64,000 nt of DNA. Source: Schizosaccharomyces osmophilus (lineage: Eukaryota). The stretch is taken from assembly GCF_027921745.1 (NCBI RefSeq), contig NC_079240.1, positions 372,001 to 436,000 on the forward strand, in the 5' to 3' direction. The notes beneath the pieces are model-generated. The model saw nothing but the letters and a program-made list of their open reading frames with translations. It did no database searches and was not told where the DNA came from. Made by a program: the position numbers and the translations under genes. Below, piece after piece: positions 11,774-24,153 of this stretch; the stretch's first letter is position 1, and each line of letters starts with the position of its first letter.

Positions 11774-13635
11774 ATGTTTAGTGATTGTAAGTATTATAAA
11801 TAAGTTTACAAACTAATAAATAGATGCTTCACGTTTTCTTGCACAATCTAGATTTTCTTCAGCCGGTCAACAACATTCTGGCTTTAGAACATCGAATTCA
11901 CAGCTAGACGTAACCGGGCCTTCGCTACCAAGGTCAATTGAGAATGATCATGATTTCTTAAGGACTAATGAAGCCTCTTCTGCTGGAACGAGTGGATTAC
12001 ATTCTCTCTTAAACTCAGAATCAATAAATTGGCAATTGAGAGAAGAGGAGCAGTCCGATAGGTCCGAGATTCTTTCAAATAGTGATTCAAGAGACAAAAG
12101 GTTCATGTACATGTCAAATGGTGTTGTGGAGTCGTCTGCACAACCAGAAAGTGAGTCGAATTTGTCCCCCAGTGGGAGCGACGAATTTATGGAATTGCCA
12201 AATGAGCGATTTATGAAAACTGAGAGAAAAATACCAGATAAAAAATGGGGCATCTTATTTGGCTGTCTTTGCCTTGCTATGTTCACCTATAGTATCCTTA
12301 CTATATGGCGAACGAATCCTGATTCTCCTCCACTGACATCTGCATATGCCACTATTCAAAGAGCCTTTCCGCTCTTTCAAAAGGATGCCGCTGTTTGTAT
12401 GTTCCTTGCTGTAGCATGGCTCTTTTTCTTAGTCGCAGTCCCCCAGTTCCTTGTTTTTCTTTTAGCCGCTGCACCTATTTCCATGTTTGCTTTTTCTATT
12501 TATTTATTTAACGCTTCAAGAATTCACTTGGAGAATTCCGTTCAGTCTAGTGTTATGCGAGTGACCGCTGTAATTCTTCTTTTATTCACTACAATTTGTT
12601 CGACCTATATTTGGCGACATTGGAGTCGATTTGAAACTTCTTTTAATATCGTTAAACTCGCATGCCGTGTGATTTCAGACATTCCCCAAATCGTGTTGGT
12701 ATTCATAAGCTTCTTAGTTTCCTTTTACATTTTGATTTTTATATGGGTCCGTTTGTTTGCTCGGCTGTTTTTGCGTGGATCTTCATTCGTAGGTTCAGTT
12801 TGGGTTTTACCAAAAAGTTCGTGGATATTAGCTTCATTTTATGCTTTCCATTTTCTTTGGCTTTGTGTGTTTCTGAACTCACTACAGTGGTAAGTGCAAA
12901 AAAGATATTTAGATATACTAACGTATTTACAAAGTGCTATTTTATCATCGATCGTCTCACAATGGTTTTTCTATCGAAATACGAGAATGACCGCAACCAA
13001 AACCAATTTGGTTTCTCATTTTTTTTCCGATGTCCTTTCTAATCATTACGGATTGTGCTCACTTTCTTCCTTGTTAACCATTACCACTAAAATCCCCCTT
13101 CATTTTCTTCCGAGATGGTTGCGGCACACTTTTCATCTGGTATACTATATGTTTACTTCCATTTCGGCTTCTTACGTGGCTTCTCCTCTTGCACTTGCAT
13201 ATGCATCAATATATTCAATTCCGTATATGAATGCATCGAAAGCGCTTAGTCAAATTGAGCAGTTAAATCGGGTAAATTTACGTCGGCACTGCTATTACCT
13301 TTCGAAATACACGCTGCTTGTTGCTCGCACTGTGCTGGCCGTTGGAGTTGGTATTACAGCGTGGAATTTTTCAATCCACTCGAATGGAATTTTTTACGGA
13401 TACCTGGTGGGACTTCTTGGTGGATTCTTAGCATGGCTATTTATAGGAGTGATTGAAGGAGGTCTGAGTATGCTGTATGTTTTAGTAGTTTCCTTTATTG
13501 TTTGCTTACTGACTATCGACCAGGGTTGATGCCTTGTTAATATGTTCTATTATTGACATTTCCAGTTGTCAAGGCGACCCGAATGGTTCCCACTGTTACG
13601 AAGCTTGGCAGCTTTTCGAATCCAACGGATTGTAA
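11774..13635 (+). CDS. ctl1: Choline transporter-like (CTL/SLC44) protein; exons 11774-11786, 11824-12889, 12935-13474, 13524-13635
   Basis: Three GT..AG introns with CTAAT/CTAAC/CTGAC branch sites give a continuous multi-TM protein starting MFSDYASRFLAQS. Confidence 0.85.
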
Positions 13636-14059
13636 TTCTAATTTGACGGCTTTTTTATTTCTTTTTTTTCAGTTCAATCGTGATTCAATTGCTTCTTTTT
13701 TTTACCGACAATGTTTAGATTCGTTTCTCATGGCCCGTTGAAGAAATACTTTAGTCACTTATTTCCATAGCCCTAATTGGAGAGTATATCTTTAACTCTT
13801 CTTTTTAAGTAATGTATTATTGAAATGATCATCTATATAGTTCATGTTTTATCCATGCTTTTGTATTTTTCGATGAATTCTGTAAGGTTACAAGCCATTA
13901 AATGACTAAAACATTCATAACCTGTACATCTGCAAAATATATTTTGAGAAAAACTATTCTAAAGTCATTAAAAAGTACCAGGCGGACAGTCAAACCACGT
14001 TTCGGGAATCATAAAATTTTATCACCAACTTTAAAGATGAACAACGTCTAACAATGGAA

Positions 14060-15088
14060 TTACAGCTTCTGCTCAGCATGTGCAGCTGCAGATTCTTCTT
14101 GTTGCAGAAGTGGTTTGATCTCTTGTTGTTCAACGGTTTTGCTTGCAGCAAGGGAATCCAAAAGATCATGTAGAGCAATGACGGCACGAACGATGCTAGA
14201 AATATAAATACTCATTAACTGATCATTGGAGTTAATATTAAAAGCACGTTGAGCCTCCGTTTGCAAAACTTGTTCAGAGGATACGGGTCCGGAGAAAACG
14301 TTGGGTAAAAGGTTAAACACGCCCTGAAGTTCAGCCAAGATTGCATGGTTAAGTGGAAGTTGACCGCCCACAACCTTTCGAAGATAGTCGGCAATTTCGG
14401 TTAAGCGCTGACCAAGGCCTTGCAGAGATTGAGCTTGCTGAGTGACACGAGTAGCAAGAGTACCGACAGAAACATCTCTAGTATCACGTAAAAGATGCTC
14501 AACACCAATTTCTTCGGCCTCCTCGGCTTCAATGCTAGAAGGAAGGTGAACAAAAGTTCTACTAGATTTTGAGCCATCATCCTTGATTTCATCAATAGCA
14601 AAATAAGCGTTGGTTGGCAATCCAACAGATTTGGGCTTGACATCAATAATCACAAGCACAGGATTGGGAATGTACTTCTTAAGTAAATTATTGATTTCCA
14701 AATCAGATGGACGTAATTGAGGACCGGTATGGTACCAACCGATAAGTTTTTCGTTAGCGTTAATCTTTTTAAACATTTCGTTCATCGATTCCATAAAATT
14801 GTGATCCAAAAACCATACAGAAGAGTTCTTTTCATCTTCCTCAAATGGGATCGCATAACTGTTGGCAACATTGACAACTGTACCATTGTTTTGTCCTAAG
14901 AGAATGCCAACAACTCTACGTTTCGTTCCTTGTGCTGAACGAATATAAGAGTCCACTGCAGAAAGCAAGACCAATGGGTGAACAATCTATATTCAAGGGT
15001 TACTAAAACATCTTCATTTCCCTGTACTTACAACATGTTGAGGAACAACCGTAGTTCCTTCGGAAATCACTGAAGGAGAAGGTGGCAT
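14060..15088 (-). CDS. rpn8: 26S proteasome lid MPN subunit Rpn8; exons 15088-15032 and 14986-14060
   Basis: IVHPLVLLSAVD, RVVGILLG, NSYAIPFEED, IGWYHTGP; GTAAGT..TAG intron 14987-15031. Confidence 0.96.
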
Positions 15089-16103
15089 TGTCCTTACTGT
15101 TACTATGAATTCTTGGTTTATACTTTTTCAAAGGTGTTGGTAAACGAAGAGTTTTTCGTAAACTGCTGTTTCTCTACATAAAAGGAACAGTGCCATTTTA
15201 CGTATTCGAACATAATGGTACGTATTGCTCCGTAGTGTGATCCATTTCGAACGCAATGTAACGAGTCGATAATTTGTCAAAAAGCATACATAAACGAAAA
15301 GTGGGTTTATTTTCCTCTCCCAAGGCATATCCTTAATTCTGATGAAATTGGTTTTATTCCTCTAAACCGGTTCGAAAATAAAAGTGATTTACAGTAAATG
15401 GTTCTTAAACTTTTTCAAAGCTGCTGAAACTGTTCAATTTAATGGAATATTGAGAAAATGTTCCGTTGACGCGTAAACGCGACGAAAAGTATCGCTTCAC
15501 GTCGGGATCATTTTTCCCTTCCTATTCTGCTTAAACTAATTTCTTTTCTTCCTCAAACTTTTACATTATCCACAAATACATAAACATAAAACAAAACACG
15601 CGTGCTGTTACTTGCATAAATATTACGAAGTAACATAATGGAAAACAACTTTAGCAAGCACAAGGCGCGAATGTGTACTGGCAATAGAAGTTCAAGACGA
15701 GTTTCTCTGAAATTTTTTTCTATTCAATTGTTATTGTTATTCTTATTTGAAAATATTTTTGCATCGTTCTGGCGTTCTTCAAAAATAAAGGACTGAATTC
15801 ATTCTGATTTAAGGGAATACAAAATGAAACCATAGTGTTTGAGGCACTTCGCAATCATTTTGTACTTCTTTTTTTTTTTATTTTTTTTAAAACTTATCTA
15901 ATTTTTAGATGAATTGTTAAGTCGGCTACTTTGATTATCTTTGGCTCAAATCAAAAAAAAAGAAAAATTTATTAAGCGATCAGCGTTATCTCCCTTATTT
16001 CCAACACCCTTTTTATATACATATAGGCTTTTTTGTACTTCTTTTCTGTCTTACAACATTAGCACAATTGCTGCATCTTTTGTTTTACATATTTCAATAA
16101 AAA

Positions 16104-17006
16104 ATGGCACCCGTTCAAGGAAATAAGTCAGAATCTCAAATTGCTCGTGTAACCGGCGCTGCTTCAGCTGGTATTCTCGAGCTCTCTCTTTTTCATCCTG
16201 TTGACACTATCTCTAAGCGTTTGATGTCTAATCATGGACGCATTACTTCCATGAATCAACTGAATACTGTCCTTTTCAAGGATGCCGCTAATGCTCCTTT
16301 GTTGAAGAAGCTTGGATCTCTTTTCCCGGGTTTGGGCTACGCCGCTTGCTACAAAGTCGTCCAACGTATCTACAAGTACAGCGGCCAACCTATTGTAAAA
16401 GATTTTTTGGCTACCAACTATGGCAACAAGTTTGATCAAACTTTTGGAAAAGGTTCCGGAAAAGCCATCATGCACGCTACAGCCGGTAGTCTTGTAGGTG
16501 TTGGTGAAATTTTCCTTCTTCCTTTGGATGTGTTGAAGATTAAGCGCCAAACCAACCCTGAAGCTTTCAAGGGACGTGGTGTTTTCCGAATTTTGGCTGA
16601 TGAAAAATTCGCTTTGTACCGTGGATGGGGTTGGACTGCGGCTCGTAATGCTCCCGGTTCTTTCGCTCTTTTTGGTGGTAATGCTTTCGCTAAGGAATAT
16701 ATCTTCAAGTTGAAGGACTATTCTCATGCTACCTTCGTCCAAAACTTCTTCACTTCAATTGCTGGTGCTTCGGCCAGTTTGATTGTTTCCGCTCCCTTGG
16801 ATGTCATCAAGACCCGTATTCAAAACAAGAGCTTCGACAACCCTGCTTCCGGTTTTACAATTTTGAAGAACATGGCCAAGTACGAAGGCTTTACTTCTTT
16901 CTTCAAGGGTCTTACTCCCAAACTTTTAACCACCGGACCAAAACTGGTTTTTTCATTTACCATGGCTCAAACTTTAATTCCTTTCTTTGACAAGGCTTTC
17001 AAGTAA
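16104..17006 (+). CDS. ggc1: Mitochondrial GTP/GDP carrier (SLC25 family)
   Basis: Three PxD/ExxKxR carrier motifs (HPVDTISKR, LPLDVLKIK, APLDVIKTR) plus Ggc1-specific GLGYAACYKV. Confidence 0.93.
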   Translation: MAPVQGNKSESQIARVTGAASAGILELSLFHPVDTISKRLMSNHGRITSMNQLNTVLFKDAANAPLLKKLGSLFPGLGYAACYKVVQRIYKYSGQPIVKDFLATNYGNKFDQTFGKGSGKAIMHATAGSLVGVGEIFLLPLDVLKIKRQTNPEAFKGRGVFRILADEKFALYRGWGWTAARNAPGSFALFGGNAFAKEYIFKLKDYSHATFVQNFFTSIAGASASLIVSAPLDVIKTRIQNKSFDNPASGFTILKNMAKYEGFTSFFKGLTPKLLTTGPKLVFSFTMAQTLIPFFDKAFK

Positions 17007-17339
17007 GCTGACAAAGTGTCAAAGGAATAATCGACGTGTTTGTTTTTCTTTTCATTTTAAAAAAAAACCTCTTACCCCTTCCGTCCCTTCCTTTCAAACT
17101 GTACGTTTCTTGACTTTCTTTGCGCTTTTTTTTTTTTAAAAAATAAAAGTTCTTTTTTCAGGAAATATTTAGAAGTTTCAATTTTTGAAGAATTTCATTG
17201 ATAATATGCTTTACTACTTTAATAGATGGGGCTTGCAATTTTTTTTGGCAATCTAAAATTTACTTTATATTTTTGTTTTGCTACTTTTGTTTTTGGAGGA
17301 TTCATGTTTGTTTATTATAGTTTACTATCGTCATCGCTA

Positions 17340-17360
17340 GTAAACAGACTATTTGTTTAC
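17340..17360. promoter_or_regulatory. Inverted pair of forkhead/FLEX cores (GTAAACA-N7-TGTTTAC) upstream of mpf2
   Basis: GTAAACA at 17340-17346 and TGTTTAC at 17354-17360, about 120 nt before the ATG. GTAAAYA is the Mei4/forkhead core. Confidence 0.55.
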
Positions 17361-17473
17361 TTTTTCCAGCGTTTGCTTTCTGTAAAAAACACAACATATT
17401 TTCCTTTCCAATTCCTTTCCCGTTTTAACATTTACCCAGAAATCTTTGTTTCTATTGTAGATTGATAATAACT

Positions 17474-19561
17474 ATGCAAACCATTGAACTTGGAACGCCT
17501 TCAGCTTCTAACACCCCTTCTGTTTCCAGCAAAACAAATCCATCAAAATTAACCACAAGTTTCGATGGCAATAAAATCGACGAACAGGATCCTTACTTTA
17601 CGGTTACTAGAAAACTGCATGCACTAGCTGATATCGTTGGTGCTCAACAAAAGGAGATTGAAAACCAAAAGAAGGAAATTCATTCAAAAACGAAATGTGT
17701 TGAAGAACTTAAGCTTCTTTTAGCAAATACGAGACCTCCTATCGATGCAGGACTTGCTTTGAACAATTATGCTTCTGGAAGCCCTTCTTTGGCAACACCA
17801 TCTGTACCTTCAGCTACTGCTTCCGACAATGGGCTACAGGCGCCAAAGTTAATGCATCCTAGTTCTGGTGGTATGGGTAGTCTCTACTCATATCCCAACG
17901 GAGCTTCATCAGCTTTGAGTGATGTTTCTGGCTCCCTCAACTTCCCTCGAAAGCCTGAATTATCAAGCCGAAAGTCAACTTCCTCTACCTCATTTTCACT
18001 TCCTAAAGGACTGAGTAATGAAAACTACTCATCTGCTTCATCGACATCTGATATTCTTGAGTCATCTAAAGCTATAGACAGGAAAACTAAACTAACAAAC
18101 ACCCCTTGGGATTTATGTAATAACAATCATTCTGATCTTTCTTTGGCCAATTTACAACTAGATGGAACTAAACCAACCATTGCCAACAATCCTTTATCAA
18201 ACTCATCCAAGCATGGTATTCAAAAATCTGTATTCTCAGCCAGTACGGATGCATCTAGTACTGACCAAACTGCATACGTGCGTGATTTATGGCCTAATGA
18301 AACAAATGCAAGCATGGCCTCTGCAACCTTAGGATCAAACCTAGTATCCGCCTTGAAAGCTCCTTCATTGAACTCTTCAAGAAGCTCTTCTTATACGAAA
18401 GGACCCACCGGTTCAAATGTACCATCAATCTGGGATCCTTCTAACAATGTTTCGTTGCCAACTATAAACGATTCTGCAAATCCTCGCGAAAATGCCATCC
18501 GTTACCGAAAGCTCTCCGAGAGGAACGCCGTTTACGATTGGAATATAATTGTTAACAAAATTATATTAAGCAATGATCAGCAATCCTCTATATTCCTTCA
18601 ACAAAAGCTGAAGATGGCATCTCCTGAGATTAAACAAGCTATCATTGATTGCATATTAGTCCAGGCCTGTCCATTGATGCTCAACCGATTTGGCAATTTT
18701 TTGATTCAACGTTGCTTTGAACATGGAACCCCTCATCAAGTTCGAGTTATTGGATCTACCATCATGGGGAATATGTACAAATTGGCTACCGATCCTTTCG
18801 GATGCCATGTCGTACAGAAAGCATTTGACAATATCGACGAAGATATCAAGTATTCCATGATGGAGGAGTTATTTCTTACGATTAATGAGACGATAATGCA
18901 TCATTATGCTTGTCATGTTTGGCAAAAGCTCTTTGAAACGCGTTGGTACAAGTATCCCGTGAATGTTATGGACCGAGTTAATATAGCTTTGAAAGGAAAA
19001 TGGCATGAGGTGGCATTAGGAGAAAATGGAAGTTTGGTTGTTCAAAACATGTTTGAAAATTGCGTTGAGAACGATAAACAAGACTGCATTGAGGAAGTTA
19101 TCCTCCACCTGGACCTAATTGTACGTGGCCAATGGGGTAACTGGGTAATTCAACACATGGTTGAGAATTCTCAAGGCGATGCTTTACGACGCGTGGTGGG
19201 TGGCTTGCTTCTACGAGCTACAGAATATAGTGTGGATCAATATGCCTCCAAGGTCATGGAAAAAGCAATCAAGTTTGGCCCAAGGGACTTTATTTCTCTA
19301 TATCTAAAACAAATTACGAATGCTAGAATGGATCGAACAAGACAGCCATTGATTGACATTGCATCGGACCAATATGGTAACTATTTAATCCAACAGATAA
19401 TTCAGCTTGCTCAGCCCAGTGATCGCTCGACTGTGATCACGCATATAAAAAAGCATATGGTGTCTCTTCGCGGAAGCAAATATGGCCAAAAGGTCGCATT
19501 CCTTGCCGAGAAATGGAAAACCCAGAACCCGCAGTTTCTTTCGAACGCTGGTTTTGATTGA
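17474..19561 (+). CDS. mpf2: Pumilio/PUF RNA-binding protein (meiotic PUF family)
   Basis: ATG at 17474. Ser-rich N-half; C-terminal Puf repeats (FGNFLIQR, FGCHVVQK, WGNWVIQH, YASKVMEK, YGNYLIQQ). Confidence 0.85.
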   Translation: MQTIELGTPSASNTPSVSSKTNPSKLTTSFDGNKIDEQDPYFTVTRKLHALADIVGAQQKEIENQKKEIHSKTKCVEELKLLLANTRPPIDAGLALNNYASGSPSLATPSVPSATASDNGLQAPKLMHPSSGGMGSLYSYPNGASSALSDVSGSLNFPRKPELSSRKSTSSTSFSLPKGLSNENYSSASSTSDILESSKAIDRKTKLTNTPWDLCNNNHSDLSLANLQLDGTKPTIANNPLSNSSKHGIQKSVFSASTDASSTDQTAYVRDLWPNETNASMASATLGSNLVSALKAPSLNSSRSSSYTKGPTGSNVPSIWDPSNNVSLPTINDSANPRENAIRYRKLSERNAVYDWNIIVNKIILSNDQQSSIFLQQKLKMASPEIKQAIIDCILVQACPLMLNRFGNFLIQRCFEHGTPHQVRVIGSTIMGNMYKLATDPFGCHVVQKAFDNIDEDIKYSMMEELFLTINETIMHHYACHVWQKLFETRWYKYPVNVMDRVNIALKGKWHEVALGENGSLVVQNMFENCVENDKQDCIEEVILHLDLIVRGQWGNWVIQHMVENSQGDALRRVVGGLLLRATEYSVDQYASKVMEKAIKFGPRDFISLYLKQITNARMDRTRQPLIDIASDQYGNYLIQQIIQLAQPSDRSTVITHIKKHMVSLRGSKYGQKVAFLAEKWKTQNPQFLSNAGFD

Positions 19562-19787
19562 GCTCCTCATCTCTGAAATGTAATATCCATACATATAGTT
19601 TCTAAATTCTTCTTACTTTTTACCATATAAGTCGACTAAATTATGACTTTTTATTGTAGTATAAATTTTATTGTTACAGGAATATTTTTATTTGATAAAT
19701 AAGAGAATATAAAACAAACCGTTCCTGCATTTTGCCTAGATGGGATAAAAATAAAAAGAAAGAAACATGCGTTCATGAATTCATTAT

Positions 19788-21099
19788 TTAATTTCCGGAG
19801 CATTGGCAGCCAAAACATTCATGTAATTGTTCATGGGCAAATATATCGCAATCGATACAAAAATGCAGTTTACAAGAAGGACATTCAAAACGCATGGAAG
19901 ATGCGGTCTGCTCCTGGTCAGACGCTTCTGAAGCTTTGGGAAAAGGAACTTGACAAGCAAAACAATGTGACGAAGTAGGTTTTGCAGACCAAGGTAAGTC
20001 TATCCAGTTTTTTAAAGGAAATAAATGATGATAGGACCTAGCGAGATGGGTGGATAGAATCAAGACTAGTTTACAACTGGGACATTCTATGGGCAAAGTG
20101 CAAACCTTTGCTTTACAACGAGGACAATGGAAGCCACCACGAGAGGGTAATGAATGACAAGTACATAAACTTGGAGATTGCTCAACTACTTTTGAAGGAA
20201 ACCCCATCATTACTAGGGAGGAGTCAGCGGTTTTTGAAGAATCCGTTGCTGGGGGAATTGTGCTCTCCAAAAGCAGTTCACGAAAGTGTTGTTCACTTAA
20301 AACCACACCATATGCATTTGTAGAAGAGCTATTAGTTCGGTCACATATTTCACGGCAGATAGCAACCTCAGCAGCAAGACCAACAATCCGAACCCGGATT
20401 TGGTCGGAAACAAGAGCATCAATTGTTCGAAAGATATCACCAGGATCAGAAGAAAAGATAGAACCAAAGATAATTAACACCTCTCTTGTCCCATGAGAAG
20501 CAATGTGGGATAAAGACGCTCTGGCCATTTCCAAAGCATTTTGAAGAGAAAAATTTCCACTATAATCGCGAAGCGACTTTAATTTTTGGATGTGGGATTG
20601 CGGATTTCCATGCAAATCGGAAACACGTTGAGCGATACCATCTTTTACGCCAATAATTGACAGCTGAGAAATGGGATTCTGTTCGAAATATTCCATGACA
20701 AACTCAACTGCATATTTAATTTGTAATTCAAATCGTTTATGATGGAAATCTCGCTCTTCCATTGCAGAGCTTAGATCTAAAACCAAAACCATGTGACGAA
20801 TGATTCCTCTTCGCAAAGGTGTTGTGTCACGAAGCAATCTGATGCGAAATTGTTAGTGATTATTTCTTTCTATAGACGTACCTTTTTCTTTTTCCAGCAT
20901 TTATCAATCCTGCAATGACTCCAATTAAACTTCCTTCAGCATCTTCTTGAACGATATCCCATGAACGCTGATATTCTCCTTCCCAAGTATATCCTTCATT
21001 ATCATCGTGTTTGCGTCCTTTATTGCTCACTCTTCCGTTTTGCTGTTCATCTTCGCTTTCAGACTTGTCAGAATCATAATTTTTATCCGCTTTACTCAT
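19788..21099 (-). CDS. ssl1: TFIIH subunit Ssl1/p44; exons 21099-20882 and 20838-19788
   Basis: GYTWEGEYQRSW, RRGIIRH, vWA domain, HLARSYHHLFPL and a C-terminal Zn/RING domain; GTACGT..CTAAC..CAG intron. Confidence 0.96.
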
Positions 21100-21651
21100 C
21101 GAGAAACCTTGATATAAGCATGAACTTTTCGTTACAGCCAGAAGCGTTTCCAATCCAATGGAATTGTAAAAATAAAAGCTCTAGTGGTTCGCTTTCAAAT
21201 TTTTAAAAATTTTTTTATTTGGAATCGAAATCAATTAGGGAAAAAAGGGACCGACGCAAAGACTCCGTCTTTTTACAGATTTAAGGTTACCTGTTTCGTA
21301 TAATGAATTCCTTTTTTCTTCTGGTCCTGCCAGAGGTTTTGAACAAACAGCCTACATCTTTAACTAGCGTTTGAGACATGAACTAGATCGTATAACGCAT
21401 TGCAGCAAACGCTATTAACTTATGCAGCGAAACAAAATATAATTATTACATGAATTTAAAAAATCCTTCATTCGTTTAGTATTTATTCTTAATTAACGAA
21501 AAGCAATTTAAAGGAAAATGAATCATCAAAGCACTTGTTTCTACGGCTATCACTTTACTATGTGCATATATTGTATTTCTTTAAACAAAATTCCCATTGA
21601 ATATTATCCCTAAAATAAACGCCAATTTCCCCTTATATATATATTTGCACT

Positions 21652-24153
21652 TCAATCACTGTCCGAATCCAAATTAATACTAGGTAAAGATTCATTGTCT
21701 TCATCGGCACGGTCATCGCCTTTGGAAACATTATTCTCAGAAGGACTTGTTATTTCATCGTCCTTTAACCCAGTACTTCCTTGGTCAACACTGTTAAAAC
21801 GATATAAAGATGCTGAACTACCTCTATTTCCCAGGCTCTCTTTTTCAGCAAGATCTTGTTTCTGAGACGCATGTTCGATCGTGGTTACTTCTTCATGTAT
21901 CACAGGTTCTTCTCCATCCGTGTCAACTGAAGCGTTAATTGATAAATCAATTTCATCATCATCATCATCGGTCGTAGTTGTAGTTGTAGTGTGCTTAGTG
22001 TCTCCAACTGCCGTTTCAGTATCCTCTTCATTTTGCTCGGTTCTCGAAAAAGAGACGGTCTCTTCTGTGCTTTGATTAGATTCATACGCATTCTGTTTGT
22101 TTTCAATTCCGTCTTGACCTTGTTTTAATTCATCCGACTCGTTTGTAATCCTGTCAGATGCTAGGTAGGTCCCGTTGTCTTGAGAAGTAGACAACTTGCT
22201 ATGCTCCAAATGAGCTTTAACCTCGGAATCGTCATGTCTGGCTTCCTTGTTTCCACCAAGAGTGTTGGTGGAAAATCCAGATAACCCTAGTGGCTGTAAC
22301 ACTGGAGAGTTTCGGGATATAGCGGATATAGGCTCAAATCGGGACTCAAAAGCACTTTCTTCTTCATATACTGGAAGTCGTTTCTGAAGAGGTGGAAACC
22401 TGGGGTGCAATAATACCTCAAAAGTTTTCAAATATTGCCCTGCATGGGAAGAAACAACCGGTGACGCATGCATTATTCCTAGGGGTCCTGTTAGGACATG
22501 TAAAGCATGTGGTAAAATGATAGCTTGGCAGTCCCCAGGTGCCAAAATAGATGCAATTAACAAATCATGTAAATGAGTGAGGGCATCTGGTGTTGGTTTC
22601 GCAAGGACAAGCTGGAGAATAGTACGATCGATTTTAGTCCTAAGCATTCTGGGTAGACTGATGCTATTCTTTAAAACAGAACTCAAAAAGGAAAAGCAAT
22701 GAGTAAGACATCTATCATCCATAGAAAATCCGGAAGAAACAGATGAAATTAAGGAGTCGCCTGTCTGGCTTCCGGCTAAAGTTCTGCGTTTCTTGGTAGC
22801 ACGCATCTGATCTGGACCACTCTCAACAGCTTCACCAGAAGCCCGGTTTTGTGATTCGGTAATCCTTTCTAATGCCAAAGCTACGACATTTTCATACTTT
22901 GGAAGAGGAATATCAGCATGCATCTTCTCCAGAAAGTCAGAAATGAGTTGAAGCGACGTGCAAAAGACACCATCATGAGTAGCCTCCGAAAGAAGACAAT
23001 CATTAACATAATCTAGCATGGACGACAAGACCAGCATAAGGGAGCTAGGACAAACAGCAAGTAATTTTCGACTCAATTCATTCGCGAGCGTGTGCAAATG
23101 CGGTAAAACCATGAATAGCAATGCCTGGATGGAACTTTCAATTGTAGATTTCACTGATGAAGATAGCTGGACAGCGTATATACGTCGTATTAAGTCTAAT
23201 AAATGGCTTACTGGCATAGATACCGACTTTTCAGTTTTAGTAGACAAAAAAGACATGAGTACCAAATGCAGATTTCTACATCTTTGTAGAGCCATCTGAT
23301 AGCATTCCTCATAATGACCTTTGATCTTTGGAAAACTTAATTCCTCATCTCTTGCGGCATCCGCATACGTTTGTTCCTCTATGACTAAATTAAAAAGGAA
23401 ATTCAAAGCGACGTGATATTCTTGTATCGTATTTATAAAGTCCTTTTTCCAGTTGTCTGAAAGATTCCCTTTTCCTTGGCATCGATACAGAGATGCATAC
23501 AGAACAGCAGCCTTCTTTTTCAGAGGTGAATCAATAATTTCGTTCTCTTCCAACACTTGAATACAAAGTTTTTTTATAGAAGAGCTTATAGGACGAAAAG
23601 TAGGAGCGTGATGAAGTAAAATTTGATATAGACATACAAAAATAGTTTCCAAACATTTTCCAGTTTCGCCTACTCGAAGACAAGCAGTTATAAATGAGGA
23701 CAAGTTAGGAGTTACAAGCTCTCGAGTGATTCCTGGTTTGCCTGAAGAAGAAATGAAAATCTTAGAGACAGTACTGATTGCACTTTCTAAAGTTCTTGGA
23801 AGTTCAGGTCGATTTAACAATTGAATCAGTAACTTGACCCATGTAACGCCATGCTCAATGAGACATTCATAACTCTGAGAGATGGTGCAATCTATTAGAA
23901 TAATAGCAGACCAGCGAAGTCGAAAGTCTTTGTGATGCAACATGCGAGTAAGACTAGTGCACCAGTTTTTACGAACTATAAGACCATGTTCACTCAATCC
24001 AAGATTTTTAATACATTTTTGCTTCAAAAGAATGTCCGCTATGACCGGGATTTGTAATGGTAAAGTTTTTTCGTTTGGAAAACTGGTTGACAACCAAGAT
24101 TTTACCAAAGAAAGCGATCCTCCCTCCAAAAGATCTGTCATTGAATTTTGCAT
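21652..24153 (-). CDS. rix1: Rix1/PELP1 rixosome subunit
   Basis: 833 aa with a helical N-terminal region, 'LLHPRFPPL' motif and an acidic tail ending 'LPSINLDSDSD'. Confidence 0.85.
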   Translation of the reverse strand: MQNSMTDLLEGGSLSLVKSWLSTSFPNEKTLPLQIPVIADILLKQKCIKNLGLSEHGLIVRKNWCTSLTRMLHHKDFRLRWSAIILIDCTISQSYECLIEHGVTWVKLLIQLLNRPELPRTLESAISTVSKIFISSSGKPGITRELVTPNLSSFITACLRVGETGKCLETIFVCLYQILLHHAPTFRPISSSIKKLCIQVLEENEIIDSPLKKKAAVLYASLYRCQGKGNLSDNWKKDFINTIQEYHVALNFLFNLVIEEQTYADAARDEELSFPKIKGHYEECYQMALQRCRNLHLVLMSFLSTKTEKSVSMPVSHLLDLIRRIYAVQLSSSVKSTIESSIQALLFMVLPHLHTLANELSRKLLAVCPSSLMLVLSSMLDYVNDCLLSEATHDGVFCTSLQLISDFLEKMHADIPLPKYENVVALALERITESQNRASGEAVESGPDQMRATKKRRTLAGSQTGDSLISSVSSGFSMDDRCLTHCFSFLSSVLKNSISLPRMLRTKIDRTILQLVLAKPTPDALTHLHDLLIASILAPGDCQAIILPHALHVLTGPLGIMHASPVVSSHAGQYLKTFEVLLHPRFPPLQKRLPVYEEESAFESRFEPISAISRNSPVLQPLGLSGFSTNTLGGNKEARHDDSEVKAHLEHSKLSTSQDNGTYLASDRITNESDELKQGQDGIENKQNAYESNQSTEETVSFSRTEQNEEDTETAVGDTKHTTTTTTTDDDDDEIDLSINASVDTDGEEPVIHEEVTTIEHASQKQDLAEKESLGNRGSSASLYRFNSVDQGSTGLKDDEITSPSENNVSKGDDRADEDNESLPSINLDSDSD

